A DNA stretch of 63,963 nucleotides, the filler included, from Licmophora abbreviata (taxonomy: Eukaryota): NCBI GenBank assembly GCA_900291995.1. It is 7 parts of 7 records of this genome, joined end to end, with 100 filler letters (N's around TTAATTAATTAA, not from the genome) between each part and the next. Parts side by side here need not be neighbours in the genome. Positions count along the whole stretch, not along the records: positions 29,288 to 45,748 come from OLMU01003032.1; 6 more parts are not named here. One strand, 5' to 3'. Under the pieces are notes generated by a model. That model searched no databases, had not been told where the DNA came from, and saw only the letters and a program-made list of their open reading frames with translations. Numbering within the stretch: the stretch's first letter is position 1; the number at the start of each line of letters is the position of its first letter. Both the position numbers and the translations under genes were made by a program. Of the stretch, positions 33,496 through 45,579 are shown piece by piece.

Positions 33496-36310
33496 CTAGA
33501 CTTTTACTTTTGCACTCTTTGGATCGTAAAATGGTGCGAGCGAAACGCCACAGGGATATTTTCGGTCCGAAATCTCTACCTCCCAGTCGCCGCTTGCAAT
33601 GTAGTCTTTCGAAATAGGAGTGGTGCTCTCCAGCATTGTCAACCCAACGGCACCGCCAAGAGAATGGCCATACGAGGAAGCGCGAATATCACTGATTCGT
33701 TGTCCGTTGCGCCAGAGGACCTCGCCGTGATGCAATAGTGGCGCGGGATCCTTCACGAGAACGCTCGCCATGCGCTTGCAGAGACCACCCTTCTCCTTGG
33801 CGGTCCTTTTCTGAGCTTGAACATGTTCTTGCCCGACAAACCCTCCAGGTTTTTCGAAATCACATGTGAAACCTAATCCACATTCAAGAATCGTATCTGT
33901 ATTATCCATGTCGTGTCCGTAGTCGCGGTATCCCTTTTCCTGTTAACGCGTCGAGAAAAAAACCAAGTTCTGAGCGACTTTCAAACATCGCGAAGACAGT
34001 CAACACTACTGTTTGCTTACCATTCGGAGGCTTCCAAGGGCACGGAGCCCAGCATGCCTCAGACAAAAGCTTCCTCCATTCTGAAGAATCTTCTCGTAAA
34101 CGTGAGTAGCCTGCTCCACCGGAATGAACAGCTCGTACCCCAATTCCCCAACATAGGTTATGCGTACGCAAAGTAGCCTTGCCAATCCGATGTCAATCTC
34201 TGCTACTTGTCGAAAGCCAAAGTCACCGAGATCAAACGACGTTACTGACTGAAGCAGCTCTCGAGATCTGGGTCCTTGTAGATTGATTTGGGCGTAGCGG
34301 CCTGTTACGTCGGAGACAAAAGCGTGTTGGTCGGTTGAGAGTCTCCGCATCATGTGGCTATACACATGATTGTGCATTGTATCTGTTGCAACCACCATGA
34401 ACTTGGAATCGTTCAGTTTCAATACAGTCAGATCAGCTTCCATGAACCCTTGTGAGTTCAACCACTGTGTGTAAGTGATCTTGCCACTATCGCCGTCAAC
34501 ATTGGCTGTCGAGATCTGATTTAGAAACTTTCCGAGTCCTTGCCTTCGACCACAAACTTGCTCATGAAGCTCATGTCAAAGAGGGCGACATCATTTCGAC
34601 ATGCCAAGTGCTCCGCTTCCCAGTATGGAAACCAATTCTCACGACCAAACGACTCTTTTAAAACAACCGGCTCAACAGTTGGAGGAGCGTACCAGGCAGG
34701 TGATTCCCACCCACTGACGTCTCGAAAGTAGGCTTGCGCTTGGTGTTTCAGTTGATCGTGAAGGGCACTGCGCTTCGCTTCTCGCGCTGTCTTGGGCATA
34801 TGGTCAGGATAATGTGTTCGGTAAGTATTACCCAAGGCCTCCGGTGCTCTCAAGGTACGATATGCGAGGTTCGTTTGGTATTTTTGAAAGCGATCCACGT
34901 TGATGCCTGTGACGTCGATGTCGCTTGGGGCGTGGCCGTCCCGGATCCACTCTGCTAGTACTTTGCCGACGCCTGCTCACAAAGAGAGACACGGCGATGA
35001 GATAGATGAACACTAGTCTTTCACAATCGACTCGCGACCGAGTCCGTTCACGTACCGCCTCCAGTGAGAATGCCAATTGAGTTCAAACCCGCAGCGACAT
35101 AATAGTTCCGTAGTCCCCCTGCCTCTCCAACAATAGGCCCGTTGTCAGGCGTGAAACTCTCCGGACCACAAAACAATTTCTTTGCTCCAACCTCTAGAGT
35201 TATGGGCACTCGCTCCATGGCCTTCTCCAAGTAGGGTCCCATGCGATCCCAGTCCGGTTCAATTTCTCCGAACGTAAAAGTGTCCGGTATTCGCTCAGCG
35301 TTCCATGTTGCTCCCTCCCATTCAAACAATCCAAGCATCAAACCGCGACCTTCCGGTCGAACATAGACACATCGCGAAGAGTCTTCAACAACGGGCCACG
35401 AAGGATCCACTTCTGGAATGTCATCGGTAATTAGATAGTAGTGTTCGGCCGCCTGGTTTGGAATCGTAACACCATTGACCTCTCCAAGTTGTCGTGCCCA
35501 CATTCCGGCGCAGTTGACCACCGCATTGGCAGTAACAGTCCTTCCATCCGTAAGCTGAACACCGGTCACTCTCGGTATCCACGAATCACTGTCCTTGATC
35601 GTCGTGGCTTTTGTGACGGAAGCTCCTTCTCGAATGTCCACACCATGCATTCGGGCTCCCTTGGCGAGTGCCATGGTGGCGTCGTATGGATTGACGCGGC
35701 CATCCGTCGGAACATAGAATCCTGCCAGAACATGGTCCGTCTCGAACAATGGAAACTTTTTCTTCACTTGCTGTGGTGTCAGTTCTCGAACATCTACCCC
35801 ACAAAGTCGATTGAAGGCCGCCACCTTGCGATAGTAGTACAAGCGGTCCAAGTCGCAGGCAACTTCAATAAATCCAATGTCCATGAAACCAGTCTCCATG
35901 CCCGTTTCCTCCGGTAGGATTCTCGAATAAAGGTCTTTTGTATACATTCTCATTGCCGTTGACGTGCCACTTAGGCTTCCAAACGTGTTGATCAATCCTG
36001 CGGCATGCCAGGTCGTCCCGGAAGTCAATTGGTCGCGTTCCAAGAGTAATACATTTGCGACTCCTAGTTTTCCCAAATGATAGGCAACCGATGTGCCGAT
36101 TATGCCCCCACCGACAATCACCACATTGACATTTTCCGGGATGTCTGCAGTTTTAGTATCATTCGTCGCGCTGATGATAGTGCGAAGTCGCGAGACGCCA
36201 TAAGGCAACGAAGGGATCCTGAAATGAGAATGATGTTGTGCAGGAGGCAATCTTCTCCTACTATTGGGAGCTGCCAGTCGAGCTATACATAATCTTGCCA
36301 CGCGGATCAT
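33496..36310 (-). CDS. Mitochondrial sarcosine/dimethylglycine dehydrogenase family (FAD oxidoreductase plus GcvT domain); apparent frameshift
   Basis: VVIVGGGIIG, LTSGTTWHAAG, GPESFTPD, LFDMSFMSKF, RITYVGELGYEL and PFYDP. Introns at about 34974-35053 and 33941-34020; 1-nt shift near 34532. Confidence 0.92.
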
Positions 36311-36776
36311 TTTAAAGTCGGCTATGGGTGGATCTTGACTGCAAACGATATCATGCTCGAACCTCTGCTGATGATGGCGCACATCTCATCTCATCGTCTT
36401 CGTCGCGTGACGAACGAAACAAAAAAGTGAGATGGCTTTTTCGACCGAAACAAGAACGAAAGCTTTTCGAACAGATACCACCGTGGGGAGCTCGTGAAAT
36501 GTCGTGGCGTCGAGGGTGGGTAATGATGGCGACGATGACGGCGACACATAATGGCGACGAGGGATTTGTTGTCGGTTGTCGCATGATAGAGTGCTTGTCT
36601 CACCGTTGATTCGTGCAGATCGCTCCTCTCTCCTGATCTATACAACATGTTCTCGAAATGGGGTGAGCGAAGCGGTTTATTTGGATTTTTTGGCTCCTCG
36701 CAAAAAGTCGAACAAGGACGTAGTCGTCGACGGTGTGAATGATGGCAGCACCGAGCCTGCTGCCGGTCATGCCGCA

Positions 36777-37344
36777 ATGGCGCAAGAAACGTCAAGAGAG
36801 GAGGATGGGCCTGAGCCTTTCCCACAAGCACCCCAACGAGAAAAGACATCCTCCAAAGAAGGAGCAGCGCAAGACCACGAACTCCTGCGGCGACGGCAAC
36901 AAGAAGAGAATCACCGCCGACTCCTGTTGCAATCTCAGAGGAAGCGAGAGCGAGAGGCTGCCGAGAGGGGGGCCTTTGTCAAGAAGCAGCGGGTCCAGTA
37001 CTTTCACAAACAGAATCAGACTTGGGCCGATGCTATCGTGTTGGGTGTCCATTTGGACGATGGTCCTGACAAGCCGTATTATGCAAGTAATAGTAGCGCA
37101 AGGAGCACTGATGTGCATATATTCTTGCTTGAGTGTGTGGGATGATGTACTAACACGATCATTTCCTATCATGCTCTTTGCTTTGTCACTGCAGACAATC
37201 AAGTATGAACGATTAGACATAGAGGTGGACGACGACACAGGAGAGAAACATACTATCAGGACATTGATCGAAAAGCAAACGACGCCCGACAGATTACGAC
37301 GTGTAGAGTGGGACGAGGGTGCGACGTGGGGTCTTTTAAAATGA
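36777..37344 (+). CDS. Hypothetical protein with an SH3/Tudor-like motif (VHLDDGPDKPYYTI...EKQT); start uncertain
   Basis: Two ORFs join in frame only through a GC-AG intron at 37083-37194. Confidence 0.55.
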
Positions 37345-37445
37345 TGGGCGGCGCCTCCGACGGATAAATGTCGTCGTGGTGAAAAACTTGTACAAAGATG
37401 TCAGCTTATAAAGCTTAGTGAGTGTTATCTCCTTAGAATCCATCG

Positions 37446-39125
37446 TTAATTGGCATGCTTGTGTTGCGGTTGCAGTCTCATTCGTTTCCGCTTGGCCTTC
37501 ACAGAACTGGAAGCCGTCCGGATCAACGACTCAAGGACTCCTAGAATCGTAAAGGTCCCACCTATAATCGCCATCAAACTCGTAATATACTCGTACCATC
37601 GTCGCGTCTTGGAACGATACACGACGGATATCGGCGAGAGATCGAGTGCGAATCGTGCCATTGGTACTTCATCGGGTTGGTAGAACGCCAACTGACTACT
37701 CTGTAGCACTTGATAGGAGAACAGATTCGTCGACACCAACTTCATGTAATGATGATAGGCTTCGTGCAGGGCATTGGTAACGTACACGTTTCCGTTCATA
37801 GGCGCGAGAGAATCAATGTAAGTGCCGTGTTGCACCATTCTGCTCCAGTCCACACCGTCGCTGTTGCGTCGAAACATCGCCTGTGGGTCCCCAAAAGACA
37901 AATAGTTGATCTCGTGCGACACGTTCGTCATGTGTGGCGCCAAGTTCTGCGATTGCGATCGTGCCTGAATGTAAAAGTGCGACGGTGCCCGGTTCATCCA
38001 GAGATAGCCGACCAAATTACATCCCGGATGGTCGTCTGGATTCCATTGTTTCTGTATCCCTTGTCGAGTGCGTTCCAATGCTTCTGCCCAGATTCTTTCT
38101 TCCTGCGACACATTCATCCTTCGGTCGACTGCCCCGCTGTTGGTCAAGTACCTTTCGACCTCGTCTTTGTGCTGCTCTTCGACAAACTCGAGGTATTGTG
38201 TCAGTCCAAGTACAGTTCCTGGAAGATAACAGAGAATAAGAAAAGTCAAAGGTAAGACGAACGTCGTTCAAAAGGTGAGTAGCACCAACACGACGACGAG
38301 TAAAACTTAACGGTGCCCCCAGTAGTCGCCATTGCCAAACGGTACTCCGTTGTGAAAGAGTCTCAACGTAGGATATCCCCTGACTCCCTGTTCGACACAC
38401 AAGTTGTGGTGTTCGACACAATCGACCTTGGCAATCAACACTGGCATGTGGACTTTTAGCGCCTCTTCGTACTCCATGTCGGTGTAATCGTTCAAATGTT
38501 CGTGTTGTTTCGACTTGGACAACTGGTCCTGTGCTGCATCCAACATGATTTCCGCGAGAGTTTCCCATGTGGGTGCAAGTGCCTGACAGTGACTGCACCA
38601 GCTCGCATAAAAGTCGACAAAGACAAACGTATGCTCGTTCAGTGCGTATCGCAACGTCTCCGGATTCAGCGGGACGGCATCTTGTCCGTCTCTATGTAGC
38701 TCTTCCAGCGTCTCCGTAATACTGCTGTCCTTCAATTCAATGTCATTCTGCATCATGTTGCGATGCATATACTGCTGTTGAATTCCAGCCGCATCGACCG
38801 CATATCTATGAATATCATGCGTAACGTTCTGCTGCGTCCCCAAGACACTAATAACATCAATGGTCGCGTAGTCACACTTGAGATCCAGCATGGTAATATT
38901 GAAGTTAACTTTGAGTTTCTCGTCCTTGTTGGGATCCAATTGAAGATCGGAAGACAGTGTTGTCGTGAGGAAGGCCTTGGTTTCGAGCAAAAACAGCGTC
39001 GCCATGCTCAGCAAGGCGACAATGCTAATGACGCTGCCCCGGCGCGAACCCTCCAGCAAATCGCCGGGGACTTTGCGATAGATATCCAGACTGGCGACCC
39101 AGCGTCGTGCAGGAGGAGGAGCCAT
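37446..39125 (-). CDS. ERGIC/Erv41-Erv46 family protein with an inserted thioredoxin domain (PDIL5-4/PDI-C type)
   Basis: [46 protein letters not shown] and [11 protein letters not shown]. One intron near 38218-38311. Confidence 0.9.
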
Positions 39126-39546
39126 AGCGACGATGGCAGCTGGTGTGGTCACGAATTGCAAGCGAAGCCCTGCTCTTTATAGAAACAGACTTCAAAGGGA
39201 AAGATATCACGCGAGCCGCCGCAGTATCATGGTCGTTTCGAATTTTGGTCTCCTCTTCGTCCTTGGAGGGCGCGCGCATGATCGACCAGAATGACTGAAA
39301 CCCGGATGTTAATGTATTCCATCTGTTTGGCTCACGAGCTCTTTTTGGCGAGTCAAGCTCTTTCCAAACGCGTGGCGCGCGGCGCGCGTCTCATGGCGCA
39401 CCTTCAACCTCTCCAATCTCCGCCACACGAGACAAAGCAAAGACGCGGCGGAAGACGCAGAAAAGATAAAGCCCGCTGTTGTTGGGGTCTATTCTCATTG
39501 AAGGCTGCGAATCGAGAGCCAGAGCACTCTCAAGACAACAAGAACG

Positions 39547-41568
39547 ATGTCGATGATCTATGGTAGGTTTAGTTTATGAGTAACGCTCTCGAAAGAGACG
39601 AAACGGCATACTCCGTTTTCGTCAAGATTTCACTCGCGAATTTGTGCGTTGGCGCACCGCACATAGAACAGTATAGTCGGCTCTGTCTCTCACTGCTCTT
39701 CACGTTTGCACTATTTCACTTTCACAGATGAGTACGGGCGGCCCTTTATTATTTTGAAGAGCAGCAGGCAAAGGCGCGTGTCAAGGGTATCGAGGCGACA
39801 AAGGTGAGTGAGAGCCAAGGTGCTAGCCAGGACGGGCGCAACCATGTCTCTAATCTTGCCCATTTTCTTTCTTTTCCTGTTCTACTAACTAGTCCAACAT
39901 TCTCGCGGCTCGCTCCGTTACCAACATACTTCGAACGTCTCTGGGTCCCAAGGGCATGGACAAGATGCTTGTGTCGCCCGACGGCGATGTCACCATTACC
40001 AATGATGGAGGTGCGTAGGGACGAACTTCCGCTACCAACTTTGCCTGCGCTCTTTGGCGTGCTCTGCTGAAACTCACTCTTGTATCATCTTGCCCTGCTG
40101 AAACTCACTCTTGTATCATCTTGCCGCATCTCGTTTATTCATTCACACAGCCACCATTATGCAGCGCATGGAAGTCAAACACCAAGTCGCCAAGCTCATG
40201 GTAGAACTTAGTTCCAGTCAGGACGACGAGATTGGCGACGGCACGACCGGCGTCGTTGTCTTGGCCGGAGCCCTTCTGGAACAAGCGGAAAAGTTGCTGG
40301 ATAAGGGCATTCATCCGGTACGCATTGCGGAAGGCTTTGAAAAAGCTGCTGAGGTGGCCATGGATCATTTGAATGAAATGGCAGAACGCGTCCACTTTAG
40401 TAGTGACAATGTGGAGCCCCTCATTTCGACCGCCATGACTACCCTCAACTCCAAAATTATCAATGCCAACAAGCGCAAAATGGCTGAAATCTCCACCAAG
40501 GCCGTCTTGGGCGTGGCCGATCTCGAACGACATGATGTGAACTTTGATATGATTCGTTTGGAAGGTAAATCTGGCGGGTCCCTGGAAGACACTGAACTAG
40601 TGAACGGTATCGTCATTGACAAGGACATTAGCCATCCCCAGATGCGCAAGACTATCGAAAATGCAAAGATGTGCATTCTGACTTGTCCCTTTGAACCACC
40701 CAAGCCAAAGACCAAACACAAGCTCGACATTACGTCCAAGGAGGCGTACGAAAAGCTTTATCAGCAAGAACAAGACTACTTTCGTGAAATGGTTCAAAAG
40801 GTCAAGGACAGCGGTGCTAACTTGGTAATTTGTCAATGGGGATTCGACGATGAAGCCAATCACTTGCTGTTGCAGAATGACTTGCCGGCCGTGCGATGGG
40901 TTGGTGGTGTTGAGATCGAGCACATTGCCATTGCTACCGGTGGAAGAATCGTTCCTCGTTTTGAAGAACTATCGGAGGATAAACTTGGCAAGGCCGGTAT
41001 TGTGCGAGAGGTTTCGTTTGGTACCACCAAGGAGCGCATGATCGTCATTGAAGATTGCGCCAACTCGAATGCCGTCACTGTACTCGTCCGCGGCGGCAAT
41101 AAAATGATCGTCGAGGAAGCCAAGCGATCGCTTCACGATGCCATGTGCGTCGTGCGGAATCTCATCAAGGACAATCGCATCGTGTACGGTGGCGGTTCTG
41201 CCGAGATCGCTTGCTCGTTGGCGGTCTACAAGCACGCCGACACGGTGACGGGCGTCGATCAGTTTGCCATTCGTGCCTTTGCGGATGCGCTCGATGACAT
41301 CCCACTGGCGTTGGCGGAGAACTCCGGTCTTTCGCCCATGGACGAACTCGCCGCCATCAAATCGAAGCAGATCAAGGAAGGCAGCTCTGTGATTGGTCTT
41401 GGTGTCGATCAGGTGGCCAACGAGGATGGGTACCATTCGGCAGATATGCGTGAGCTGGGGGTCTTTGAGACGTTGATTGGCAAGCAGCAGCAAATGCAGC
41501 TGGCGACCCAGGTCGTCAAGATGATTCTCAAGATTGACGACGTCATCTCCATGGGGAGCTATCAGTAG
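39547..41568 (+). CDS. CCT5: T-complex protein 1 subunit epsilon (4 exons; apparent frameshift)
   Basis: [55 protein letters not shown] and [14 protein letters not shown]. Introns at 39563-39727, 39804-39892 and 40011-40150; 1-nt shift near 39758. Confidence 0.97.
40064..40125 (+). repeat. Perfect 31-bp tandem duplication in CCT5 intron 3
   Basis: CTGCTGAAACTCACTCTTGTATCATCTTGCC at 40064-40094 and again at 40095-40125. Confidence 0.95.
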
Positions 41569-41742
41569 AGTCTGCCTACTACAGGTAGATAGAATGCACT
41601 TGAGTGGACTCTATAAGAGCCGATAGTAACGACGACTTGGATCAGGTTGGAAATATACAAATTTATTCAGACGTCAGATCACCCAACTAAGATAGCACAA
41701 CTATAAACGGCAACCAAAGTGTGTCTGCGGTCATCAAAAAAT

Positions 41743-42873
41743 CTAATCGGAAAGATGCGTGGCATCTGGGATCGTCAACGACCCATCGGCTCGAAGCATC
41801 TCTGTGGTTTCGACCGATCCGTCCGGGGCTCGGTCCTCTGTCGTATTTGTACAGCAATCGCCAAGAGAAATGGAAAGGGAAGAGTTGCGGGCATCACGAT
41901 CTGACTGATTGGTACACGCTGTCGAGACTTGATTGAAGCTGGCCCATCCAACCTCAACGTTCCCTCTTGACACATTCTCCTTTGCTGAAATCTCTTCTTT
42001 CTCTTCGTCACTATTCAGTCGACTTTTGCTACCACCCAGTCGTGCGTCTCCTATGCGGGGCAGGTCGTCCCAGTGAGAACAGCCCTCCCAAGAAACTAGA
42101 GAGGCATCATCCTCATCGGAAGGACAGTAATCCGACTCGTCTTCCGTGCTGCATGCCGTCAAGTTCCTCGGCAATGACGGAGGGGTGGACCCTACACCCT
42201 GCTGCCGCACCTTCATTCGTTCAATGCGTCCATGTTCGTAATCACCATCGTCCGTGGCGAGTTCGTAACGACATGTCGGACAGGTACAGTGACGATGCAA
42301 CCAAGGCTCGACACAGTGTGGATGAAAAAAGTGGGAGCAGGGAAGACGCGTCACAATCTCCCCGACCGTGTAGGGTTCGCAACAGATCACACAGTGCCTA
42401 TTGTGAGAGTGAAGTTCATTCTTTTGAACTGCGGTACGTTTCAATGCAGCCATTACGGGTTCCGAAGCAGGAGGTGGCCCACATCCAGACGGATTGGGGT
42501 CCATGGCTTCCATGTAGAGGAAGTTTTGACCGAGAAGAGTCTGAAAGAACAGCTCCATGGCCTCGAGACTTTGTTGCAGTGCTAAAACGTCATGAAGTCC
42601 TACGTTGTCAGTCGATGCCAATGATGAGCCGTGCCCACGTCGCCTTCGAAAGGCAAACTGACGGTGATCTCTGATGCCTTCTTGGACCCGCATTTCAGCA
42701 CGGCGCTGCAGCATTGTACTATCAAAACGATTCGGCGCCATCCATGGTTCGATGGCAAGGACTGTGCCATCTCGCTGCCGGGCATCATTCAATTCGAGTC
42801 CATTCGTGCCAGGTCGACGATTCGACTCAGTATCCACGACCACGTCCAATTCTCGTGAAGCCGAACACCCCAT
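41743..42873 (-). CDS. RING-H2 E3 ubiquitin ligase with an N-terminal acylation motif
   Basis: GPPPAS...CVICCEPY...LPCSHFFHPHCVEPWLHRHCTCPTCRYEL; N-terminus MGCSAS. Confidence 0.9.
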   Translation of the reverse strand: MGCSASRELDVVVDTESNRRPGTNGLELNDARQRDGTVLAIEPWMAPNRFDSTMLQRRAEMRVQEGIRDHRQFAFRRRRGHGSSLASTDNVGLHDVLALQQSLEAMELFFQTLLGQNFLYMEAMDPNPSGCGPPPASEPVMAALKRTAVQKNELHSHNRHCVICCEPYTVGEIVTRLPCSHFFHPHCVEPWLHRHCTCPTCRYELATDDGDYEHGRIERMKVRQQGVGSTPPSLPRNLTACSTEDESDYCPSDEDDASLVSWEGCSHWDDLPRIGDARLGGSKSRLNSDEEKEEISAKENVSRGNVEVGWASFNQVSTACTNQSDRDARNSSLSISLGDCCTNTTEDRAPDGSVETTEMLRADGSLTIPDATHLSD

Positions 42874-43319
42874 GGTTCCGACTAGCGAGAGTGAAGAGGG
42901 AAAATCAAGACGGAGTCAACGAAATCAATGTCTACGTATGTGACAGAGTCTGGATCATCATCTCGAGTTTCGTCGCGTTGTTATGCAGTTTGGTCCGGAA
43001 TTTTTAGGTGTTCTCATCATCATCACAATCTCTCGTCAGTATTTCCCGCCAGAAAAGCTCGCGTAGATTTGGTCCTTCTGTCGCTACCACGCCACGTGGA
43101 AGCCGGAAATGAACCGACCATTGCGGATGGATGGATGATCGCGAGCCTCAAAAGTTGAAGTTCGGTCCGTAGAATAGATACCAACAACGCCGTAGAAACT
43201 CTGATGGCCCCAAACAAAAAAGATCTGTTTCAATCGATGTCTTCTCTGTCGACCCTACCTGTGTTTTAGGTTGTGATTCGATCGCTCCTCTATCGCTGCA
43301 CTAGAAAATAAGGTTGCGG

Positions 43320-45508
43320 ATGACGAAATACATTGTCGTTGCCATTGTGGCCCTTGTTTGCCTCGCAGCGCTGCCGCACGACGCTGCCGCGTTCGTCGCA
43401 CCTTCATTTCGAAGCAAGACTGCGGCCATCGCTTCCTCCGAACTACACGCACTTCCACCCATGATTATTGGTCCCATGATTCGCAAAATGCGAGAATCAC
43501 AAGAGAAGAAGAAAATGCCCATGCGCAGTGAGGAAGAAGCAACCGGAGAAGCGCCGGGATTACGCGTTGGGAGCAGTGCGTGGAAGTGGCCATCCATGTG
43601 GCCCTACGACCCGGGCATGTTTCAGACGGTAGCCGATGATCGCTTGCAGGGAGCTCCGAATCTATCGGGAATGGCAAACATGATGGGGGGAATGCCTCCT
43701 GGGGAGGTGGAGCTGCCCGAAGTCGACGAATCCAAGAAGTTCAAGCCGATTGAGTTTTGGAACGAGGAGGTCGTCGACACGCCCACCGAAATGGACCCTG
43801 AAGCGATCGAGAAATTGAAAACGTGTGTATTCTGATGTGGGGACTGCGACGATCTCTCTATAACTGTCAACTTACATTTCGCGCTCGTCCTTGTTGCTTC
43901 CAGACACTTGAGCTTCTACTTGCGCGATGGCATGGCCGTGCTGGAACTTGGTGCTGCTGAAGACTCGTATCTTCCCGATGGACTCCAATTGAGTCGTCTT
44001 GTCGGTGTTGGTGCATCACAAAAGCTTATGGATAAGAATCAGGCTCTCACACAGAGTATCGCGGTGGATTTAAACGACGTTGTTGAGGGTCGAGACATCA
44101 ACTCGGACGAGTTTCGCAATCTCGCTTCGGAACCCTTTGATGTCGTCATTATGACCAATACTATTGACTATCTGACGTCTCCTCGGGAAGTTTTTCGGTA
44201 AGAGGAAATTCTTTCAGTCTTGAACTTTGTTCGGTGAATGCTCCAAATATATTTGCTCACCATGCTTGTCCCGCTTCAGCTCGGCGTGGCATGTGCTGAA
44301 GCCTGGAGGACTCATGATTGTTGCTTTTTCCAACAAGGACGCGTTTGCGGACGAGTATGAACCAGCACAAACAAAGGCATGGAAGGGATATAACGATGAT
44401 CAGCATATGTGGATGGTTGGCTCATTCTTTCAGTTCAGCGCGGGCGATGGTTGGGATAGTCTCAAGGCATTCGACATATCGCCGGAGTCTGCCAAAGAAA
44501 TGGACGTCGGTGGCCCCATGTCGTTCATGAATCAAGGAAAGAACAATAACGTCTACACAGTTCAGGCGATTAAAAACTATCTGGACGACTCCATTGATGA
44601 GAATGATACGGAAAAATCGTTCCGTTCCAAGATGTGGATGCTTCCCGTCATGGAGGCGCGCGATAAGGATCTGGTGGCGCCGAGGCTGAGAAGAGCGTAC
44701 GAAGTGGCTCGTGACGATGCTGAACGGGAAGCGATTGCCAACAACATTAAGACATTACCGGCCATCTACGAGAGTTTGATAAAGATGGACCAGTTTGCGT
44801 TCACCTTTAGTATGCAGTCACAATTGGCGGTCGATATCATTTCCGATCCCTCGTTTGATGCCAACGACGAGCAAATTGCGGCAATGAAGCAAGGTGAGTT
44901 TGTAGTAGGGAGTTTCTTGCTGGAGGGCCTGCGAGCATCGTATGCTCACGTTGCAGGATTCGTGTTGAAAAACAGGTCTGGGGCTGCGAGCCGCGTCGCC
45001 TGAATTTTGGGCACCCGTAGGCCAGATGACAGCAGCAATGGACCCGGAGGACAAACTTAACCTTCTATCACACATTGTTCCCCGCTTCGGTAGCGCCAAT
45101 CCGGCGCAGGAGGCCGCACTAGAAGCATTCGTATCAGGAATGAAGCCGACGTTCGAGGTGATTCGATCGAAGTGTCCGGACATGAGCGAAGCTGATGTGC
45201 AGCTTCTGGGAACCGAATTGCTCGCGGCAGAAATATTGCTGCCAGGTCGAAGTACGAGGAATGACTTTGCTACGTGGGTTGGAGCAATGTCAGAAACTGA
45301 AATGAAATCAATATTGGAAGAACGAAGAGCCTTCAAAAAGGTTGCCACCGAGGAACTTGAAGAATATAAAGCTTCCCTTGCGGAGGCGAAGGCACGGAAG
45401 GAGGCAGAGGAAAAGCTGATGAGAGAGCAGGTCGCTACCGCCAGGGAGGTTCGAACGATTGTTTTCAATCCGAGATCGGGCAAGGTTGAGCCAAAGCCAG
45501 ACACGTAG
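43320..45508 (+). CDS. Plastid-targeted class I SAM-dependent methyltransferase-like protein with a C-terminal extension (4 exons)
   Basis: Signal peptide ends AAA|FVAP. Motifs VLELGAAEDSYLP, FDVVIMTNTIDYLTSPREVF and LKPGGLMIVAFSNK. Introns at about 43823-43903, 44198-44279 and 44894-44975. Confidence 0.8.
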
Positions 45509-45579
45509 ACTAATTGTTGTGGAGATTTCTACATGTTACTATAGTCTATAGTCGGAACTAGTGCGTACGCATATTTCAC

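Noticed and set aside
11603..39765. Programmed frameshifting or pseudogenes in rimM, the dehydrogenase and CCT5
   Set aside because: All are 1-nt losses at short runs with no shared slippery or structural signal, and one is in an essential gene, so sequencing error is more parsimonious.
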